Shown in pieces: positions 60,574 to 64,000 of a stretch of DNA of 64,000 bases. The notes under the pieces were generated by a model that saw only the letters and a list, made by a program, of their open reading frames with translations, did no database searches and had not been told where the DNA came from. Position 1 is the first letter of the stretch. Each line of letters opens with the position of its first letter. Position numbers and translations under genes: made by a program. Source of the stretch: Candidatus Eiseniibacteriota bacterium (GTDB lineage Bacteria > Eisenbacteria > RBG-16-71-46 > JABDJR01); NCBI GenBank assembly GCA_963762255.1, contig CAVXKA010000002.1, positions 416,001 through 480,000 of the forward strand, read 5' to 3'.

Positions 60574-60667
60574 GCGGACCTCCGCGGTGCGGACGGGGCC
60601 CGGACGGGGAGGGAACGGAGATTGGGGGAGCGGCGGGCGGCTTGGCGCGGGCGGGGAGGCGAAGGTT

Positions 60668-60681
60668 GCCCCCGAAGGGGC
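60668..60681 (-). terminator. C(UUCG)G tetraloop hairpin directly after the microprotein stop
   Basis: Minus strand GCCCC-TTCG-GGGGC. Confidence 0.45.
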
Positions 60682-60791
60682 TACTTCCTCCGGCCCTTTC
60701 GCGTCGCCTTCTCCTCGCGGATACGCGCCTTTTGGCGCTCCTTGAGGCGCTTGCGGCGGCGGCGGATCTCACGTTTGCGTTCGGATGCCAT
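60681..60791 (-). CDS. 36-aa Arg/Lys-rich microprotein (DUF6800-like)
   Basis: Below the ORF-track cutoff. Translation is MASERKREIRRRRKRLKERQKARIREEKATRKGRRK, with a strong SD (AAGGAGGTGA), its own promoter and a 3' hairpin. Confidence 0.8.
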   Translation of the reverse strand: MASERKREIRRRRKRLKERQKARIREEKATRKGRRK

Positions 60792-60886
60792 GCTTCACCT
60801 CCTTCGGGCCGAAACCGGGACCGCGATCTGCGGGACGGGCATCGGGAAACCAGATGAACGGATCATCGATCGGGGGCGGGCGGCCC

Positions 60887-60915
60887 ATTCTAGGGCCTCC
60901 CGGGCGGCTCGGCAA
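60887..60915 (-). promoter_or_regulatory. Putative sigma70 promoter of the microprotein gene
   Basis: TTGCCG (60915-60910), 17-nt spacer, TAGAAT (60892-60887). Confidence 0.6.
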
Positions 60916-60976
60916 GAAGCTCCGCAAAGAGGTGATCGCCTCAACCCGACCGCGACACCGAAACCCCTCGGTTTCG

Positions 60977-61005
60977 TTGACGGATTCCGTCGCCTCTGCC
61001 ATACT
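60977..61005 (+). promoter_or_regulatory. Putative sigma70 promoter of the C25 peptidase gene
   Basis: TTGACG (60977-60982), 17-nt spacer, CATACT (61000-61005) with TG extension. Confidence 0.6.
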
Positions 61006-61145
61006 ATCAGCACTTTATGATCCTGGCTAACCTATCAGGGTAAAACCCTCCCCGGCTGCACCAGACCTAATGTGCAAGGCCCGCGCGGCGATGCGGTCGC
61101 GTGGCGTGTCGTTCCGTGATCGTTTCAACCGAGGTACTCCATCTC

Positions 61146-64000
61146 ATGCTGAACCGCCTAAGCTGCTTGGTGGGTCTTCTATCGCTGGTGTGGGGAGGGA
61201 TGGGCGTCAACGTTCTCGAGGCTGCCACGGTAAGCCGCGAGATCGTGGTTCCCGCCCGTGATCTCACCTCCCGCTCCCTGAACGGGCTGGATCTGCTCGA
61301 TCTTCGCGGCGGGGCGAGTGCCCTGGCCGAGGGGTTCCCGGATCTCCCCCTGCTCCCTGTTCATGTCCTCCTGCCCGAAGGTTCGTATGCGGTCGCGGTG
61401 CGGGTGGTGCCCATCGAGAGCACCGTGATGCCGGACCGGTATCGACTCGGCGCGGTCGGCACGGCCCGACCCGGAGAGACGCCCCTCCTCCTGCCGGTGG
61501 ATCCGGCCCTCCTGAGTTCGGCCGCCTGGTATCCGGCAGAGCCGCTCGTCCGTTTTCAGAACGGTCGGATGCGGGGCCGTTCGCTGGCAGCGGTGGCAGT
61601 GGCGCCGGTGTCCTGGCTTCCCGCCACCGGTGAAGTACGCCTTCTCACGCGGTTCCGCGTCGAGGTGACCACCGAGCAGCGGCCCGCCGCTCCCGGCGAC
61701 CTTCGTCTTTCCCGGGAGAGCGCGGAGGGGCGCCGGTCTTTCGACGAAGCGCTGTCCGCCCTTGCCGGGGCCGATCCCGGCACCGGCATCCTCGGCGCCG
61801 CCTCCACCCTCGCGCCCAAGGTCAATAGCGGAGCCCCGTTCGCGCCCACTTTCCGCCCCAGCATCGACGGGAGCCCGGTGGAATTGGTCATCATCACCAC
61901 CGCCGGCCAGGAAGCGGAGTACCAGCGCCTGGCCGACTTTCGGACCAAGACCGGCGTCAGCGCGGTTGTGCGTACCGTGGACTGGATCCAGGCCAACTAT
62001 CCCCTGGGAGTCGACCTGCAGGAGACGATCCGCCTTTTCATCCGGGACGCGGTCGACAAGTGGGGAACCGCCTGGGTGCTTCTGGGCGGGGACACCGATT
62101 TCATCCCGATCCGCTACGGGTTCACGATCTTCTACGGCACCGAGGAGATTCCGACCGATCTCTATTACACCGATCTGGACGGGAACTGGAATGGGGACGG
62201 GGACGCAGCCTTCGGAGAGGGGTACTTCAGCATTTCCAGCCCCGGCGACGGCGTAGACCTCTACCCTGACGTTTGGCTGGGCCGACTCCCCTCCAACTCG
62301 CAGGCCGAGGCGCAGCTCTTGGTCGACAAGACGCTCGACTACATGCAGTCCCCACCCATGGGATATCAGAACGACTTCCTGATGCTGGGCGAGGTGCTGT
62401 TCCCTCAGACATGGACTCCCGGAGAATCGATTCAATTCGACGGCGCGACCCTCTGTGAGGACGTGATGGATTCCATGCTGGTCCAGAACCGCACGGTGCG
62501 GATGTACGAGAACTACACAGCCTACCCGGGGGCCCTCCCGGAGATGAAGGCGGCGGTGCTCGATTCCATCGACGCAGGCTTCAACCTCGTCCACCACGTG
62601 GGACACGGTTACGTCAACACCATGTCGGTGGGACTCCTCCATCAGACCTTGAGCAACGGCGATGCCGACGCCCTAACGAACGGGAATGAGACCTTCCTGC
62701 TCTACGCGATCAACTGCACGTCGGGGGCAGTGGATTACAACTGCATCGCCGAACGCTTTCTCACGAACGCGAACGGCGGAGCGTTCGGGGTGATGGGATC
62801 CACTCGGCTGGATTTCCCCAGCACCGGCCGGTACTACGAGAACGAGTTCTACGGGTTGCTCTTTCACTCGGCGAGCAACGAGTTGGGCAGGATCTGCGCC
62901 TTGTCGCGGGTGCCGTTCGTCCCGTTCGCCAGCCAGGACAACACGCATCGATGGACCCAGTTCTCACAGATCTACCTTGGGGACCCCAATCTGGAGTTCT
63001 GGACCGACGTTCCCTTCAGTCTCACGGTCAATCACTCCGGGACCTTCACGCTCGGGCAGGGCACCTACACCGTTACGGTTCTGCGGGGAGCGTCGCCGAT
63101 GCCCGACGTGCGTGTGGCCCTCTTCAAGAACGGCGACGCATATGCCGTCGGGACCACGAACGGCAGCGGTCAGGTCGTGCTCCCGTTCCGGCCTGATGAG
63201 ACCGGGAGCTTCAGCGTGGGGGCCTACCTGCATGGCGCCCTCCCCTATCTCGGCAGCGGGACGGTGGTCGCCCCTGGCGCCGCTCCGTATCTCTACGCGG
63301 TGAGCCAAGGGATCAACGACGACGCGGTGAGTCCCTCCATAGGCAACGGGGACGGGAAGATCGACTCCGGGGAGACCGTGGAGTTCCGCTTCAGCTTGAA
63401 GAACAACGGCGGAGTCACCGAGACCGGTATCTCGGCCACTCTCTCGACCACGGATCCCTACCTGAGCATCGTCGACAATCTGGCGCAGTTCGGCAATATT
63501 GCGGCCGGGCAGACTGTGCAGGCCAGCGACCCATTCACGGTGGCGGTCCTCCGCGGCGCTCCCGACCGATTGGAGGCGCACGCCACGCTCAACGTGTTCG
63601 GCGTGTTCGGCGTGTACACCCAGGACGTGATCCTCTATGTCCATGCTCCGGTGTTCGAGTACTACCGGCAGTCGGTGAGGGACACCGTGGGGAGCGGCAA
63701 CGGCGACGGCGTGCTGACCGTCAACGAGGACTTCGCCATCGTCCCCACTCTGCGCAACATCGGACTCGGGCAGGCGACTTCGGTCCAGGTGCGGTTGCGG
63801 AGCACGGACCCGGCGGTCACGATCACCGACTCGGTCGGCGTCATCGGGACGATCGCCCCCGGAATGAAGGGAGTGAACCTCACCGACGGCGTGGCCGCGC
63901 GTCTCTCCGATGTCACCTCGTATCATCAGCTCCGCATGGTGGCCGTCGACAGTTACGGGGAGGTGTTCTCCACCATCGTGGACACCGGCGCGCCCACCGC
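61146..64000 (+). CDS. C25 (gingipain-family) cysteine peptidase with propeptide and Ig-like repeats, 3'-truncated by window edge
   Basis: Absent from the ORF track because it has no stop. Manual translation from ATG 61146 gives a signal peptide, propeptide (PDLP...VLLP), LVIIT, WVLLGGD, PTDLYY, VWLGRLP, catalytic GHG (His 62604) and AINC (Cys 62715), YLGDP, then GNGDG-containing repeats. Confidence 0.9.
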   Translation, partial: MLNRLSCLVGLLSLVWGGMGVNVLEAATVSREIVVPARDLTSRSLNGLDLLDLRGGASALAEGFPDLPLLPVHVLLPEGSYAVAVRVVPIESTVMPDRYRLGAVGTARPGETPLLLPVDPALLSSAAWYPAEPLVRFQNGRMRGRSLAAVAVAPVSWLPATGEVRLLTRFRVEVTTEQRPAAPGDLRLSRESAEGRRSFDEALSALAGADPGTGILGAASTLAPKVNSGAPFAPTFRPSIDGSPVELVIITTAGQEAEYQRLADFRTKTGVSAVVRTVDWIQANYPLGVDLQETIRLFIRDAVDKWGTAWVLLGGDTDFIPIRYGFTIFYGTEEIPTDLYYTDLDGNWNGDGDAAFGEGYFSISSPGDGVDLYPDVWLGRLPSNSQAEAQLLVDKTLDYMQSPPMGYQNDFLMLGEVLFPQTWTPGESIQFDGATLCEDVMDSMLVQNRTVRMYENYTAYPGALPEMKAAVLDSIDAGFNLVHHVGHGYVNTMSVGLLHQTLSNGDADALTNGNETFLLYAINCTSGAVDYNCIAERFLTNANGGAFGVMGSTRLDFPSTGRYYENEFYGLLFHSASNELGRICALSRVPFVPFASQDNTHRWTQFSQIYLGDPNLEFWTDVPFSLTVNHSGTFTLGQGTYTVTVLRGASPMPDVRVALFKNGDAYAVGTTNGSGQVVLPFRPDETGSFSVGAYLHGALPYLGSGTVVAPGAAPYLYAVSQGINDDAVSPSIGNGDGKIDSGETVEFRFSLKNNGGVTETGISATLSTTDPYLSIVDNLAQFGNIAAGQTVQASDPFTVAVLRGAPDRLEAHATLNVFGVFGVYTQDVILYVHAPVFEYYRQSVRDTVGSGNGDGVLTVNEDFAIVPTLRNIGLGQATSVQVRLRSTDPAVTITDSVGVIGTIAPGMKGVNLTDGVAARLSDVTSYHQLRMVAVDSYGEVFSTIVDTGAPT

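Noticed and set aside
61030-61130. Small hairpin AGGGTAAAACCCT in the C25 leader as a riboswitch
   Set aside because: It does not match the c-di-GMP or other riboswitch consensus features I could recognise.
61179-63926. Minus-strand ORFs 61179..62642 and 62964..63926
   Set aside because: They are antisense to the continuous C25 peptidase frame.
1-64000. CRISPR arrays, tRNA/rRNA genes, IS elements and defence islands
   Set aside because: None seen. Intergenic gaps are short, with no regularly spaced repeats, cloverleaf signatures or transposase motifs.

Overview
High-GC (about 68-70% by eye) chromosomal segment of a diderm bacterium. A SprA-type T9SS translocon, a gingipain-like C25 peptidase and a DUF4837-like lipoprotein occur alongside canonical sigma70 promoters and Shine-Dalgarno sites. 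This suggests a non-Bacteroidota FCB-group lineage such as Eisenbacteria, Krumholzibacteriota or Latescibacterota (inference). Most genes are on the minus strand. In window order: (1) a Wzx-type polysaccharide cluster (priming phosphoglycosyltransferase, GT-C-like membrane protein, UPF0104 protein, Wzx, NPP-type phosphodiesterase, nucleotidyltransferase, GT2, BY-pseudokinase, co-polymerase, OPX); (2) rimP-nusA-infB-DUF503-rbfA-truB-ribF-rpsO-pnp-M16-dut-DUF3108-DHS-like; (3) sprA coupled to a glutaminyl-cyclase-like M28 lipoprotein, divergent from lptF-lptG-thiE; (4) DUF4837-aroB and accB-pilT-accC-comB; (5) an ECF sigma, zinc anti-sigma and an HtrA lacking all three catalytic residues, divergent from a CxxCH lipoprotein plus FadL-family barrel; (6) arcE-like-sucCD-ndk-yceD-rpmF-plsX-fabHDG-acpP-fabF-rnc; (7) a 36-aa basic microprotein, radC, rfaE1/rfaE2 and a C25 peptidase running off the end. 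Four genes (wza, dut, sprA, aroB) carry single-base frameshifts that look like long-read indel errors. I saw no tRNA, rRNA, CRISPR array or mobile element. The strongest leads are the dead HtrA module, the NTase/phosphodiesterase pair in the polysaccharide operon, the CxxCH-lipoprotein/FadL pair and the ArcE-like gene coupled to sucCD. All family calls come from motif recognition, not database searches.
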